A stretch of DNA of 64,000 bases, from the NCBI GenBank assembly GCA_044376085.1, contig JBILLN010000009.1, positions 524-64,523 of the forward strand. The letters are read 5' to 3'. The stretch is from Bradymonadia bacterium. Lineage in GTDB: Bacteria > Myxococcota_A > Bradymonadia > UBA7976 > UBA1532. This document shows, piece after piece, positions 19,028 through 30,095 of this stretch. A program made the position numbers and the translations under genes. Below the pieces are notes generated by a model. The model did not search any database, was not told where the DNA came from, and saw nothing but the letters and a program-made list of their open reading frames with translations. The first letter of the stretch is position 1. Every line of letters begins with the position of its first letter.

Positions 19028-20146
19028 ATGTCCCGGATCAAACAGGATCACAGCCGGTTCCGGCAGATCGTCCGCGGGAAGATTCGCCAGAATCTCAAGA
19101 AGTACATTTCCCGGGGCGAGCTGATCGGCAAGCAGGGCAAGGACGTCGTGTCCATTCCCCTGCCGCAGATCGACACGCCGCGGTTCAAGTACGATCCCAA
19201 GGACACCGGCGGCACGGGACAAGGCGACGGCAAACCGGGCGACAGCCTCGGCCCCGGCAACCAGCAGCCGGGGCAAGGCAAAGAGAAGGCCGGCGAGGGC
19301 GAGGGCGAGAAGTCCGTCGAGGTGGACGTCACCCTCGACGAACTTGCCGAAATCCTCGGCGAGGAGCTGCAACTGCCCCGCATCGAGCCCAAGGGGCAGA
19401 AGCAGGTCGTCACCGAACGGGACCGCTATACCGGCATCCGCCCCGTCGGCCCCGACTCGCTGCGACACTTCAAGCGCACGTTCAAACAGGCGCTCAAGCG
19501 AACGGTCGCGACGGGGCAGTACGACGCCGCGAACCCCATCGTGGTGCCCATCCGGCACGACATGCGCTACCGCACGTGGAACACCATCTCGTCGCCCCAG
19601 AGCAATGCCGTCGTCATCTACATGATGGACGTCTCGGGCTCCATGGGCGACGAACAGAAAGAGATCGTCCGCATCGAGTCTTTCTGGATCAACACCTGGC
19701 TGCGCAGTCAGTACAAAGGCATCGCGACGCGGTACATCGTGCACGACGCGACCGCGCGCGAGGTGGACGAACACACGTTCTTTCACACCCGCGAGTCGGG
19801 TGGCACGATGATCTCCAGCGCCTACAAGCTCTGCGCCCAGATCATCAAGGACGAGTATCCCAGCGCGGACTGGAACATCTATCCGTTCCACTTCAGCGAC
19901 GGCGACAACTGGTCCGTCGATGACACCGCGGCCTGTGTGCGCATCCTGAAAGAAGACGTCGTGCCGGCCAGCAACCAGTTCAGCTACGGGCAGGTGGAGA
20001 GCCCCTACGGCAGCGGACAGTTCATCAAGGACCTGCGCGAGCAGTTCAAGATCTCCGATCCCGACTGCAAGGTCGTCGTCAGCGAGATCAAGGACAAAGA
20101 GGCCATCATCCGGTCCATCAAAGACTTCCTCGGCGCGGGACGCTAG
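19028..20146 (+). CDS. yeaH: YeaH/YhbH family protein (DUF444, vWA-like)
   Basis: [27 protein letters not shown]..., [18 protein letters not shown] (MIDAS-like DxSxS). Position directly after prkA. Confidence 0.92.
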   Translation: MSRIKQDHSRFRQIVRGKIRQNLKKYISRGELIGKQGKDVVSIPLPQIDTPRFKYDPKDTGGTGQGDGKPGDSLGPGNQQPGQGKEKAGEGEGEKSVEVDVTLDELAEILGEELQLPRIEPKGQKQVVTERDRYTGIRPVGPDSLRHFKRTFKQALKRTVATGQYDAANPIVVPIRHDMRYRTWNTISSPQSNAVVIYMMDVSGSMGDEQKEIVRIESFWINTWLRSQYKGIATRYIVHDATAREVDEHTFFHTRESGGTMISSAYKLCAQIIKDEYPSADWNIYPFHFSDGDNWSVDDTAACVRILKEDVVPASNQFSYGQVESPYGSGQFIKDLREQFKISDPDCKVVVSEIKDKEAIIRSIKDFLGAGR

Positions 20147-20157
20147 GAGACCGAGCC

Positions 20158-21684
20158 ATGATTCAATATCTCCACGTCCGCCCCCTGCCGCCCGAACTCT
20201 GGGAGTGGAAGGTCAAGATCGAGAAGATCGCCCGCGACTGCGGTCTCGACTTCTTCGAGACCATCTTCGAGGTCATCGACTACGACAAGATGAACGAGAT
20301 CGCGGCTTACGGCGGGTTTCCCACCCGCTACCCGCACTGGCGCTTCGGCATGGAGTACGAGCAGCTCTCCAAGTCGTACTCCTACGGTCTCAGCAAGATC
20401 TACGAACTGGTCATCAACACGGACCCCTGCACGGCCTACCTGCTGGAGGGCAACGAGATGATCGACCAGAAGCTCGTGATGGCCCACGTCTACGGCCACT
20501 GCGACTTCTTCAAGAACAACTACTACTTCAGCGGCACCAACCGGAAGATGATCGATGTGATGGCGAACCACGCGACCCGCGTGCGCAATTACATGGATCT
20601 CCACGGGCCGAACCAGGTCGAAGAGTTCATCGACGTCTGTCTCTCGCTGGAAAACATGATCGACCGCATGCGGCCCTACATCCGGCGAACCCCCGCCGAG
20701 CCGCAGCGCAAACGCAAGGAAGACCTGCCCGACGAGCTGCTCGGCGAGGTCGTCGTCCCTCGGCTGAAGGCCAAGGAATACATGGACGACTTCGTCAACC
20801 CCGAGGCCTATCTGGAAACCCAGAAGAAGAAGGCCGTCGAGGAAGCCGCGAAACAGGCACGGTTTCCGGCCCACGCCGAGCGTGACGTGCTCTGGTTCCT
20901 GATGGAGCACGCCCCCCTGCAGAAGTGGCAGCGCAACCTGCTCGGCATGATCCGGGAAGAGGCCTACTACTTCGCGCCCCAGGGCATGACGAAGATCATG
21001 AACGAGGGCTGGGCCAGCTACTGGCATGCTCACATCATGACCCGCAAGGTCTGCGACGACAGCGAGATCATCGACTTCGCGGACCGCCACAGCGGCACCA
21101 TGGCGACCTCCAAGGGCCGTCTGAACCCCTACAAACTCGGCATCGAGCTCTTCCGCAACATCGAGGACCGCTGGAACAAGGGTCAGTTCGGCAAAGAGTA
21201 CGACGAATGCGACGACATGGCCGAGCGCGCCCACTGGGACCGCCGCCTCGGCCTCGGGCGACAGAAGATCTTCGAGGTGCGGCGGCTCTACAACGACGTG
21301 ACGTTCCTCGACGAGTTCCTCACCCCCGAGTTCTGTCAGGAGCAGAAACTCTTCACGTTCCAGCACAATCGCAAGGCCGACGAGTGGCAGATCGCCACCC
21401 GTGAGTTCAAAGAGGTGAAGAAGAAGCTCCTCTTCCAGCTCACCAACATGGGTCAGCCGGTCATCGAGGTCGAAGACGCCAACTTCGAGAACCGCGGTGA
21501 GCTCCTGCTGCGGCACCTGCACGAAGGCATCGACCTGCACGACGAGTACGCCCGCGAGACGATGAGCAATCTGTTCAAGATCTGGAAACGGCCCGTGCAC
21601 GTGGCCACCCGGAAGGGCACCAAGGGCATGCTCTTGACCCACGACGGCCAGAAGCACACCGAGCGCGCGTTCGAGGTGGCATGA
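20158..21684 (+). CDS. spoVR: SpoVR/YcgB family protein
   Basis: [53 protein letters not shown]: characteristic SpoVR sequence. Third gene of the conserved triad. Confidence 0.93.
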   Translation: MIQYLHVRPLPPELWEWKVKIEKIARDCGLDFFETIFEVIDYDKMNEIAAYGGFPTRYPHWRFGMEYEQLSKSYSYGLSKIYELVINTDPCTAYLLEGNEMIDQKLVMAHVYGHCDFFKNNYYFSGTNRKMIDVMANHATRVRNYMDLHGPNQVEEFIDVCLSLENMIDRMRPYIRRTPAEPQRKRKEDLPDELLGEVVVPRLKAKEYMDDFVNPEAYLETQKKKAVEEAAKQARFPAHAERDVLWFLMEHAPLQKWQRNLLGMIREEAYYFAPQGMTKIMNEGWASYWHAHIMTRKVCDDSEIIDFADRHSGTMATSKGRLNPYKLGIELFRNIEDRWNKGQFGKEYDECDDMAERAHWDRRLGLGRQKIFEVRRLYNDVTFLDEFLTPEFCQEQKLFTFQHNRKADEWQIATREFKEVKKKLLFQLTNMGQPVIEVEDANFENRGELLLRHLHEGIDLHDEYARETMSNLFKIWKRPVHVATRKGTKGMLLTHDGQKHTERAFEVA

Positions 21685-24600
21685 CACCGCGGCGTCGCGC
21701 CCGCGCGGTCTGGCTGGCCACGCTCGTGCTGGCCTGCGAGACGGGGGGCGGCGGCCCGGGGTCCGTCGGTACGGACGCGCGTCCCCCCCGAACCTCCGTG
21801 CCGGCGGACGCCGAAACGCCCGAGGGGGCGGCCCCCGACGCCGAGACCGGACCGACGCTCGCCTGCGAGCCGCTCGGCCGTCCGCCCTACACGAGCGCGC
21901 CATACCAGGGCGTCCACGCCGGACCGGGCAACAACGACCTCGTCGCCTGCACGGCGGCGCCGGCCTATGCACCGCGCTGGCATGCCCTGCAGGGCCATGG
22001 CGTGGCGCAGCCCAATACGTTCTCGCCCGATCTCGCGACGATCTACGTGACGACGACCCAGCCGACGCCGGAGGCCTGCACGCTGCACGCCCTCGACGCC
22101 GCCACGGGAGAGACGCGATGGTGTGCGCGGGTCCCCGATGCGGTGGGCGCCTCCGCGGACGTCGACGCGGACGGCCACCTCTACCTCGCGGCCCGGGGCG
22201 AGGTCGTCTCGTTCACGGCGGAGGGGACGCGGCGCTGGGCTTTCCCCCTCGACGCGGCCGAGAACGAGGCCGCGTACGGCTCGCACTTCGATCCCGACGG
22301 GTATCTCGTCACGGCGACCTCGGCCGGGCGTCTGTTGTTTCTGGACCGGGCGGACGGACATGCCGTCGCGTCCCTGGATCTCGTCGAGGCGTTCGGCCTG
22401 ACCCGTCCGCCGCCGGCGCCGGCGCTGGGCCTCGCCAACCTCGTGCCGCCCGCCGTGCTGGCAGACATGGAGCGCGTCTACGGGCCGGGTGAAGCCTTGC
22501 TGGCCATCTTCGGCGGGGCCGGCGCGGGGTATACGGACAATACCGTCGGCATCGCCCCGGATGGCACCGTCTATGTCATCGGGTGGGGGGTCGCCGAAGG
22601 GCGCGGCGCCGTGGTTCAGGTGCGCGTCGACCGGACCGGCGGCACGCTGCGGCTCGTCCCCGGTTGGCGGATGGACACCGAAAAGGGGAGCGCCTCGAGC
22701 CCGGCGATCAGCCCGGACGGCCGGTGGCTCAAGATCACCGATGGCAACGCGACGCCGGCGCTCCTCGCACCGGCGGCCTTTCCCGGCTCGGCCCGCCTGG
22801 CGGACATCACGGCCTGCGACACCCAGGCCGATGCCGATCCGGATCCGACGGTGTGCGCGCCGGCGTTCGTCTTGCCGTTGGCTTCGGGGCCCGCGCTCGG
22901 CGCGTCTCCCGTGCTCGACGACGCCGAGCATTATCAGTGGGAGGTCCAGCTCGCGACGCTGGTGCAACCGAATACGGTGCCGGACCTTGCACGATATCGG
23001 GGCGACACGTTGGTCTGGGAGACACACCTGCCCGACGACGCGGCCTGGACGAGCGTCCTGACCGTGACCCGCGATGCCATCATCGGTACGGCGAGCCGCT
23101 TCACCCGCGGCGAGACCCGCATTCTGGGGGTCGCGATTCCAGAAACCGCGACGCACGAACTGGTGGTCCTCGAGCGGGAGACGGGGGCGGTGCGATTCAC
23201 GGCGTCGCTGACGGACGATTCGACCTCGACGGTCACCGTCGGCCCCGACGGCGCTCTGTACGCAAATCTTCTCGGTCTCGTTTCGGCTTTCGCGGCCGCG
23301 ACGCCCATCACCGGCGGTGTCGTGCGGTTCGACCCCCGGGCGGAAGCGCCGGAGGTCGAGGACCCGCCCGCCGCGATCCCGGACGCACCGGGCACGCCGG
23401 CACGCCCCATTCCGTCCATCGGCCCGCTGCCCCCGTTCGTCGGTGCCCCCTGGGCAGGCGGTGCGTTTCCCGGTCGGTCGCCGCCGGCCCATCCGTTCCT
23501 CGCGCCGGACGGCCGGAGCAACATCCACAACGACGGTCACATGACCGATGCGTACGACCGGCCCGGCCCCCGCGGCCGCGCGCCGGTCGCCACCTCGGCC
23601 CGCCTCGGCGGCCTCTGCGGGACCATGACCTTCGATGCGCGCGGGCGGATTGTCACGATCTGTGCAAGCCCGGGTGCGGCCACCCTCTACCTGCTCGACG
23701 CCACCACCCTGGCGACGCTCGCCTCGCATGCCCTCCCCGAGAGGCCGCCGGCGGCGCCGGGGCAGAACCCCCTGCAGGACTTCACCGGGGGCGGGTATTT
23801 CTACCTCGATGCGCGCGACCGTGCGGTCGTCTCCACGGGCGCCGGAACGCTCGACATCATCGCCGTCCGCGAGGGCGCAGCCGGGGCGCTCCCGCAGTTC
23901 GAAGTGGAGCGCCGGATCGACGTCACGGCCGACCTCCCCGAGGGCGAACGCCTGACGGGCGCGCTGCCCGACGCGCACGGGCGCCTGTGGTTCGTGGGAC
24001 GGGATGCCGGGGTCATCGGCGTGGTGCCCGCCGATGCCGACGGGCCCATCCGGTCGCTCACCCTCGGCGAACGGGTTCAGAATTCGTTCGCGGTCGATAC
24101 CGATGGCGCCGTTTTCGTCGTCTCCGACACGGCGCTCTATCGACTCGAAGCCGACGCCGACGGGGCCCCGACGGTGGTGTGGCGCGAGGTCTACCCGAAC
24201 ACGGGCCTGCGGAAACCGGGGCAGGCCGATGCCGGCTCCGGGACGACGCCCACCCTGGTCGACGGCGGGTTCGTCGCCATCACCGACAATGCGGACCCCA
24301 TCTCCGTCGTCGTCTACCACCGCGCCGCGGCGCACGAAGGCCCCCGCGAAGTCTGTCGGGTGCCCGTGTTCGAACCGGGCGCGAGCGCGACCGAGAACTC
24401 GCTGATCACGTCGGCCCGGGCCCTCTTCGTCGAGAACAACTTCGGCTACGAGGGCGTCGCCAGCGTGTCCGGCGCCACCACCGTCCCGGGGTTCGCCCGC
24501 ATCGACGTCCTGGCGGACGCCTCGGGCTGCGAACGCGTCTGGCAGACGACGGCCGTGAGCGCCCCCTCGGTCGTGCCGAAGCTCTCGCGGGCGACCGGTC

Positions 24601-24806
24601 TGATCTACACCTATACCAAGGCCGCGGACGACGACGCCTGGTACTTCACCGCCCTCGACGCGAAGACGGGCGGGGTGGCGTGGCAGGCCCCGGCCGGCGT
24701 CGGCCCGGCGTTCAACAACAACTACGCCGGCATGGCCATCGGGCCCGACGGCGCGTTGTATCTCGGTGTCCTGCTCGGCCTCGTGCGGCTCGCCGACGGC
24801 CCCTGA
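21681..24806 (+). CDS. Large lipoprotein with PQQ-like beta-propeller repeats
   Basis: ATGA overlap with the spoVR stop. Lipobox [11 protein letters not shown]. Repeats such as [28 protein letters not shown] and [16 protein letters not shown]. Confidence 0.75.
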   Translation: MTPRRRARAVWLATLVLACETGGGGPGSVGTDARPPRTSVPADAETPEGAAPDAETGPTLACEPLGRPPYTSAPYQGVHAGPGNNDLVACTAAPAYAPRWHALQGHGVAQPNTFSPDLATIYVTTTQPTPEACTLHALDAATGETRWCARVPDAVGASADVDADGHLYLAARGEVVSFTAEGTRRWAFPLDAAENEAAYGSHFDPDGYLVTATSAGRLLFLDRADGHAVASLDLVEAFGLTRPPPAPALGLANLVPPAVLADMERVYGPGEALLAIFGGAGAGYTDNTVGIAPDGTVYVIGWGVAEGRGAVVQVRVDRTGGTLRLVPGWRMDTEKGSASSPAISPDGRWLKITDGNATPALLAPAAFPGSARLADITACDTQADADPDPTVCAPAFVLPLASGPALGASPVLDDAEHYQWEVQLATLVQPNTVPDLARYRGDTLVWETHLPDDAAWTSVLTVTRDAIIGTASRFTRGETRILGVAIPETATHELVVLERETGAVRFTASLTDDSTSTVTVGPDGALYANLLGLVSAFAAATPITGGVVRFDPRAEAPEVEDPPAAIPDAPGTPARPIPSIGPLPPFVGAPWAGGAFPGRSPPAHPFLAPDGRSNIHNDGHMTDAYDRPGPRGRAPVATSARLGGLCGTMTFDARGRIVTICASPGAATLYLLDATTLATLASHALPERPPAAPGQNPLQDFTGGGYFYLDARDRAVVSTGAGTLDIIAVREGAAGALPQFEVERRIDVTADLPEGERLTGALPDAHGRLWFVGRDAGVIGVVPADADGPIRSLTLGERVQNSFAVDTDGAVFVVSDTALYRLEADADGAPTVVWREVYPNTGLRKPGQADAGSGTTPTLVDGGFVAITDNADPISVVVYHRAAAHEGPREVCRVPVFEPGASATENSLITSARALFVENNFGYEGVASVSGATTVPGFARIDVLADASGCERVWQTTAVSAPSVVPKLSRATGLIYTYTKAADDDAWYFTALDAKTGGVAWQAPAGVGPAFNNNYAGMAIGPDGALYLGVLLGLVRLADGP

Positions 24807-24822
24807 GCGAGGTTCATCGCCC

Positions 24823-25368
24823 TCAGGGCAGGCAGCCGTTCGCGTACCCGGCGCACGACGGCGGACAGTCGTCCCGCGTGCACGCGGTCTCCCCCGACAC
24901 ACCGCACGGCGGCACACAGTAGCTCGACTGGCACGCGGCCAGGTCGGCGAACGGCCCGTACGTCTCGAACGCCTCGGGGGTCTGTTCCGTGCACGCGTCG
25001 GCGTTGTTCACGGGATCCGCCATGCAGGCGAGGCAGCGTTCGTCGCCGTCGCAGATCTGCAGGGCCTCGCAGCAGGCCTGCGCCATGCAGTCGAAACACG
25101 CATCCAGGCCGGGTGACGGAACGATGTTGACGAGTTCGCACGTCGGGGCGCCGCCGGCGGCGCCGGGCTCGCCCCCACCCACGCCCGGCGTCCCGCCTTC
25201 GGGTCCGCCCCCCTCGCCACCGCTCGTCACACCGCCCGTGCCCGATCCGCCCGCGCCGGCGTCCGCGCCGCCGTCGTCCTCGAGCCCGCAGCCCGCGCAG
25301 AGCACGAGCACCGCGAGCGTGGCCGCGACCGGCCCGTTCGGTTCCGTGCGTCCGTTCGCTTCTTTCAT
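24823..25368 (-). CDS. Small Cys-rich lipoprotein
   Basis: ATG 25368 preceded by GGAGGGGGA. Signal ATLAVLVLCAGC. Gly-rich linker, then a 20-Cys C-terminal domain. Confidence 0.65.
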   Translation of the reverse strand: MKEANGRTEPNGPVAATLAVLVLCAGCGLEDDGGADAGAGGSGTGGVTSGGEGGGPEGGTPGVGGGEPGAAGGAPTCELVNIVPSPGLDACFDCMAQACCEALQICDGDERCLACMADPVNNADACTEQTPEAFETYGPFADLAACQSSYCVPPCGVSGETACTRDDCPPSCAGYANGCLP

Positions 25369-25587
25369 GTCGTCCCCCTCCGTTTTCGTTCGACCCGGTC
25401 GTGTTCTCCGGCCGGCACGACGGCCACCCGGCCGCGCCCCGACACTCCCCGTCCCGAGGGTATCGTCAGAACCCCGGTCGCGGTCGAGTCGGCAGCCCGA
25501 CGGCCCGGCCCACGGTCCGGATCCGTGGCAATGCACCGGCCGGTCCGGTAGCGTGCGCGCGCAGTTGCTCGCCTTCTGGAGTTCCGC

Positions 25588-28101
25588 ATGCCCGTACCGA
25601 CCCGGACGCACCACCGACACGGGTGGTCACCCACGATCGTCACCTTCTTCGCCCTGCTGGCCCTCCCGGGCTGTCTCCCCGGCGAGTCCGAGTCGGACCC
25701 CGACGGCGGTACGCCGGCCCCGACGGGCGGGACGCCCGCGACCGGGGGTACGCAGCCCGATGCCGGCGGCCTGCAGGCCTGTACGGTCGACACGGACTGC
25801 ACGCTGCCGAACTCGATCTGCGGTGCGGGCTTCTGTCGCGAACTGCCGGGCGGTGCGTGCACGACCGATCGCGACTGCCCCATCGGGACGCTCTGCGCGG
25901 CCGGCGCGTGCGTCCGCGAACCCGTCCGCTGCGATACCGACCGGGACTGCCCCGAGCCCGGGACGACCTGCGAGAACGGCGTCTGCGCGGCGGCTCCGCC
26001 GGACGGGTGCCAGACCGACCGCGAGTGCCCGCCCGGCCAGGTCTGCGACGCCGGCGCCTGCGTGCCTGCCGAGCCCGAGTGCAGCGTCGACGACGACTGT
26101 GGCCCGGGGCGCGCGTGCCGCGAGGGGATCTGCGTGGGCGACGGGCCCGAGTGCAGCACCGACGAGGACTGCCCCGAGGGCCGCACCTGCCGCGACGGCC
26201 GCTGCCTCGCGAACGGCGCCTGTGAGGGTGACTTCGAATGCGCGCCCGACGAGTCCTGTGACGCCGGTGTCTGCGTGCCGCGCGCCCCCGCCTGCGAGGG
26301 GGACGCCGACTGCGGTCCCGGCGAAGTCTGCCGGGACGCCGCGTGCGTACCCGATCTGCCGCCGTGCGGCCAGGACTCGGACTGCCCCGGGGCGCTCGTC
26401 TGTCGCGAGGGTCTGTGCGTTCCCGACGACGCGGAGTGCCTCGTCGACGCGGATTGTCCGGAGGGCGGGACGTGCGAGGCCGGCGCCTGCGTGCCGGTCA
26501 CCCCGGCCTGCGGGCCGGATGCGGAGTGCCCGCCCGACAGCCGCTGCGAAGACGGCGTGTGCGTCCTCGTCGAGCCGGGGTGCGCGGTCGACGCCGACTG
26601 CGGCGCCGGCGGGCGATGCGTCGCCGGCACCTGCGAGGCGGCGCCCGCGGACTGCGTCGGCGATGGCGACTGCGCAGCGAACGAGATCTGCCGGGACGGC
26701 GCCTGCGTGCCGGACCTGCCCGAGTGCGTGGCCGATGCCGACTGCGGCGCCGGCCGCATCTGTTCGAACAACGTCTGCGTCGACGCCCCCGAGGAGTGCC
26801 GCGTGGACGCCGATTGCCCCGCCGGCGAGATCTGTACCCGGGGCGCGTGCGTGGCCCCCCCGCCGGAGTGCGTCGCCGACCGGGACTGTCCCGCCGGGGA
26901 GACCTGCCGGGCCGGGGTCTGTGTCGGCGCCCCCGTCGGCTGCACGGGTGACCTCGGCTGTCCGCTCGGACAACTCTGTCTCGCGGGCGCCTGCCGCGCC
27001 CCCGGGCCCGCCCCGGCCCCCGTCCGCTGCAATCCGCGCGCGGTCGACCCCGGCTGCCCGGACACCCAGCTCTGCGTCCCGACCCAGGCCTGTGCGCTCG
27101 ACGCCGCCAACTGCGCCGGTGTCTGCGCGCCGAGCACCTGCGACCCCTGCCTGACCGGTGACGCCTGCGGCGACCAGCTCGCGAGCTGTATTCCCGGCTA
27201 CCCCGCGGCGTTCTGTGTTTCGGCCGGCGTCGCCGACGAGGGAGAGCCCTGCGACCTCGACGGCGCCGTTCATTGCCGCGCCGGCCTGACCTGTCTGGGT
27301 GGCGTCTGTTCGGCCCCGTGCGGCGGCGCCGCATGCGGTGCCGGTGCCCGGGACTGCGCCGCCGGTCGTGCCTGCGTCGACTTCGACCACCTCAACGGCA
27401 ATGCGCCCCTGGCGCTTTGCGTCGATGACTGCGACCTCTTCGGGCAGCGCGGCTGCGCGGCCGGTGAAACCTGCGCGTACTCGACGGTCCAGCCCGACAC
27501 GCTCACCGTCGTCGGCCTGTGCACGGACGCCGCACCGTCGGGCCGCCTCGTTCAGGGCCAGGCCTGTGTGCCCGGTGAGGCCGCGTACTGGGGCAACTGC
27601 CGCTCGGACCACTTCTGCGCCGAGGGCGTCGACCCCGATGGCGCCCAGTGTTTCGGGATCTGTACCGTCGAAGACCAGCGCAACTGTACCGGGCTTTCCT
27701 ACTGCGTCATCGGGGCCATCGACCCCCGCCTCCCGGTGGGCGCCTGTGTCGGTGAGTGCGATGTCTTCGGCGGCGGTTGCGGAGGCGGGCAGGTCTGTCG
27801 ATACGCGGGTGTGGGTCAGGACGAGCAGGGCACGGACGTCTTCACCGGCCTCTGCGAATTCTCGGCCGCCGATCTCCAGACCGAGTCCTTCTGCGAAGTG
27901 GCCGCCGACGGCTCGAGCGGATGCCCCCTCGGCACACTGTGCGCCGACACGGGGGACTTCTTCGGCGCGACGTGCGTCCAGCTCTGCGACGTGTCGCCCG
28001 GCAGCGCCCGGGGATGCCCCGACGGGCGCACCTGTACGACGAACGTCTTCGCCGCCGACCGGACGGGCGGCGCCAGTCAGACGCTGGGGGCGTGTCTCTG
28101 A
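25588..28101 (+). CDS. Lipoprotein with 17 tandem 4-Cys repeats plus a Cys-rich C-terminal domain
   Basis: GGAG SD. Lipobox FFALLALPGC. Repeat unit C-x3-(D/E)-C-x5-C-x4-C, about 25-27 aa (for example CSVDDDCGPGRACREGICV). Confidence 0.8.
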   Translation: MPVPTRTHHRHGWSPTIVTFFALLALPGCLPGESESDPDGGTPAPTGGTPATGGTQPDAGGLQACTVDTDCTLPNSICGAGFCRELPGGACTTDRDCPIGTLCAAGACVREPVRCDTDRDCPEPGTTCENGVCAAAPPDGCQTDRECPPGQVCDAGACVPAEPECSVDDDCGPGRACREGICVGDGPECSTDEDCPEGRTCRDGRCLANGACEGDFECAPDESCDAGVCVPRAPACEGDADCGPGEVCRDAACVPDLPPCGQDSDCPGALVCREGLCVPDDAECLVDADCPEGGTCEAGACVPVTPACGPDAECPPDSRCEDGVCVLVEPGCAVDADCGAGGRCVAGTCEAAPADCVGDGDCAANEICRDGACVPDLPECVADADCGAGRICSNNVCVDAPEECRVDADCPAGEICTRGACVAPPPECVADRDCPAGETCRAGVCVGAPVGCTGDLGCPLGQLCLAGACRAPGPAPAPVRCNPRAVDPGCPDTQLCVPTQACALDAANCAGVCAPSTCDPCLTGDACGDQLASCIPGYPAAFCVSAGVADEGEPCDLDGAVHCRAGLTCLGGVCSAPCGGAACGAGARDCAAGRACVDFDHLNGNAPLALCVDDCDLFGQRGCAAGETCAYSTVQPDTLTVVGLCTDAAPSGRLVQGQACVPGEAAYWGNCRSDHFCAEGVDPDGAQCFGICTVEDQRNCTGLSYCVIGAIDPRLPVGACVGECDVFGGGCGGGQVCRYAGVGQDEQGTDVFTGLCEFSAADLQTESFCEVAADGSSGCPLGTLCADTGDFFGATCVQLCDVSPGSARGCPDGRTCTTNVFAADRTGGASQTLGACL
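25780..26995 (+). repeat. Coding tandem array: 17 copies of an approximately 78-bp 4-Cys repeat (diverged at DNA level)
   Basis: Counted from the translated protein between CTVDTDC... and ...CLAGACRAP. Confidence 0.7.
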
Positions 28102-28103
28102 CC

Positions 28104-29309
28104 ATGGGCGAGAAGCGTTTCGTTCACATCGACGGGGTGGCTTACGACGTCGAACACTGGGCCCGCAAACACCCCGGCGGCGAGGTCATGTTGCGCTTTC
28201 TGGGCAAGGACGCGACGGCGGCGTTCCTGGCCTTCCATCAGCGGCGCAGCCACAAGACGCTGAAGGCGTTTCGCGTCCGCACGGCGACCCCCGAGGCGCC
28301 CGAGGCGGAGTCCACCCATCCCGTGGAGCGCGAGTTCGCCGCCCTCCGGGAGGCGGTCGAGGCCGCGGGCGCCTTCGTCGCGCGCAAGGGATACTTCCTG
28401 CTGCGAGGCGGGGCCATCATCGGTCTCGTCCTGGGCGCCGTGGCGTCACTCGCCTTCGCGCCGGCCTTCTGGCCGCTGGCCGCACTGGCCGTGGGTCTCG
28501 CCTGGCAGCAGTGCGGCTGGTTCGCCCACGACCTGCTGCACCACTCCGTCTTCGACCGCCGGGCCTCCGGCGATCGCTACGGGCTGCTCATGGGTGGGGT
28601 CATCCTCGGCTTCTCCGCCGATTGGTGGAAGCGCAAACACAATACCCACCACGCGCTGCCCAACGTGCTCGGCACGGACCCGGACATCGACGTCCTGCCC
28701 CTGCTGGCGTTCGACGAGCGGCAGCGTCTCCGGGCGCCCGCCTTCGTGCGGGCCACGTTTCTTCGCCTCCAGCCGCTCACCGTCCTGCCCATCCTGGCCT
28801 TCGCGCGCTTGAACTGGGTCGTCCAGAGCATTCTGTGGACGCTGTTCGCGCCCGGGGTCCGGCATCGCCGTGCCGAGATGCTCGCCCACCTGGCGCACCA
28901 GGCCTGGTCCCTGGGCATCTTGGCGCTTTTGCCCACCTGGGGTGAACGCCTGGGGTTCTTTCTGGTCGCGCACTTGTCCTCCGGTCTCATGACCGGGGCG
29001 GTGTTCATGGTCGGCCACAATGCCCGACCCATGCTGGCCGAGGCCGGCGAGGCCCCCGGTTTCTATGCGCTTCAGGTGATGACGACGCAGAACGTGCGGA
29101 CGAACGCGCTCACGGGCTGGTTCTTCGGCGGCCTCGACCACCAGATCGAGCACCATCTCTTCCCGAGCCTGCCCCGGCATGCCCACGCGGGCATCGCCGC
29201 CCGAGTCCGCGAAATCTGCGCCCGCCATGGCATCGAGTACGTCGAGCGCGGCTTCTTCGTGGGCCTCGTCGACGTCTGGCGCGTGCTCTTCCGCGTCGCC
29301 CGGGCCTGA
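28104..29309 (+). CDS. Cytochrome b5-fused front-end fatty-acid/sphingolipid desaturase
   Basis: b5 heme motif HPGGEVML...FLAFH. His boxes HDLLHH, HNTHH and QIEHH (Q-type third box is typical of front-end desaturases). ATG is 2 nt after the upstream stop. Confidence 0.88.
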   Translation: MGEKRFVHIDGVAYDVEHWARKHPGGEVMLRFLGKDATAAFLAFHQRRSHKTLKAFRVRTATPEAPEAESTHPVEREFAALREAVEAAGAFVARKGYFLLRGGAIIGLVLGAVASLAFAPAFWPLAALAVGLAWQQCGWFAHDLLHHSVFDRRASGDRYGLLMGGVILGFSADWWKRKHNTHHALPNVLGTDPDIDVLPLLAFDERQRLRAPAFVRATFLRLQPLTVLPILAFARLNWVVQSILWTLFAPGVRHRRAEMLAHLAHQAWSLGILALLPTWGERLGFFLVAHLSSGLMTGAVFMVGHNARPMLAEAGEAPGFYALQVMTTQNVRTNALTGWFFGGLDHQIEHHLFPSLPRHAHAGIAARVREICARHGIEYVERGFFVGLVDVWRVLFRVARA

Positions 29310-29315
29310 CGCGCC

Positions 29316-30083
29316 TCAGGCGTTCTCGTATCGGATGAGAATCACCGTGATGTTATCGGTGCCGCCGTTCTCGTTGGCGGCGTCGATCAGCCGCTCCGCC
29401 TTCTTGTCGAGGTCCGGATCGGCGTCCGACAGGATGCGCGCCATGTTGTCGTCGGTGACCATGCCGGAGAGGCCGTCCGAGCAGAGCAGGTAGACGTCTC
29501 CCGGCTCGGGGACCTCGTGGTAGACGTCCACCTGGACCGTCTCCTTCATGCCGAGGGCGCGCACGATGACGTTCTTGTGCGGGAACGCCTCGATCTCCTC
29601 CGGCGTGAGGTTCTTCATCTTGATGTAGTCGTTGAGCAGCGAGTGGTCTTCCGTGAGCTGCGTCAACTTGCCGTTGCGGTGCCGATAGACCCGGCTGTCG
29701 CCCACGTGGCCGACGTAACACCCGCCGTTGACGAAGAACGTCACGACGATGGTCGTGCCCATGCCCTTGAGCTTGGAGTCCCGGCTCGCCGACTCGAAAA
29801 TCTTCCGGTTCGACAGCTTGATGCCCGTGATGACCCGGTTCTCTTCGTACTTGCGGCCCTTGTCCATCTTGTAGGGCCAGGTGACCTCGTCGTCCTCGGC
29901 CGTGGCCCGGAAGAACTCGGCCAGCGTCTCGACGGACATCTGGCTGGCGACTTCGCCCGAGGCGTGCCCGCCCATGCCGTCCGCGACGATGAAGAGGTTC
30001 TCCTCGCGGAACAGCCGGAGGCTGTCCTCGTTGTGAGCGCGCTTCATGCCGACGTGGGTGCGACCCGCGGAGGTCAGACGCAT
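29316..30083 (-). CDS. PP2C-family Ser/Thr protein phosphatase
   Basis: GRTHVGMKRAHNEDS, ADGMGGH, LLCSDGL and GGTDNITVI motifs. Confidence 0.92.
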   Translation of the reverse strand: MRLTSAGRTHVGMKRAHNEDSLRLFREENLFIVADGMGGHASGEVASQMSVETLAEFFRATAEDDEVTWPYKMDKGRKYEENRVITGIKLSNRKIFESASRDSKLKGMGTTIVVTFFVNGGCYVGHVGDSRVYRHRNGKLTQLTEDHSLLNDYIKMKNLTPEEIEAFPHKNVIVRALGMKETVQVDVYHEVPEPGDVYLLCSDGLSGMVTDDNMARILSDADPDLDKKAERLIDAANENGGTDNITVILIRYENA

Positions 30084-30095
30084 GCGGAACGTCCC

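Noticed and set aside
25526-25540. Second sigma-54-like element (TGGCAATgcacCGGC) 48 nt upstream of the Cys-repeat lipoprotein gene
   Set aside because: Only the GG-N10-GC core matches. The flanking consensus positions (TGGCAC, TTGC) are poor, and such cores occur by chance in GC-rich DNA. Not called.
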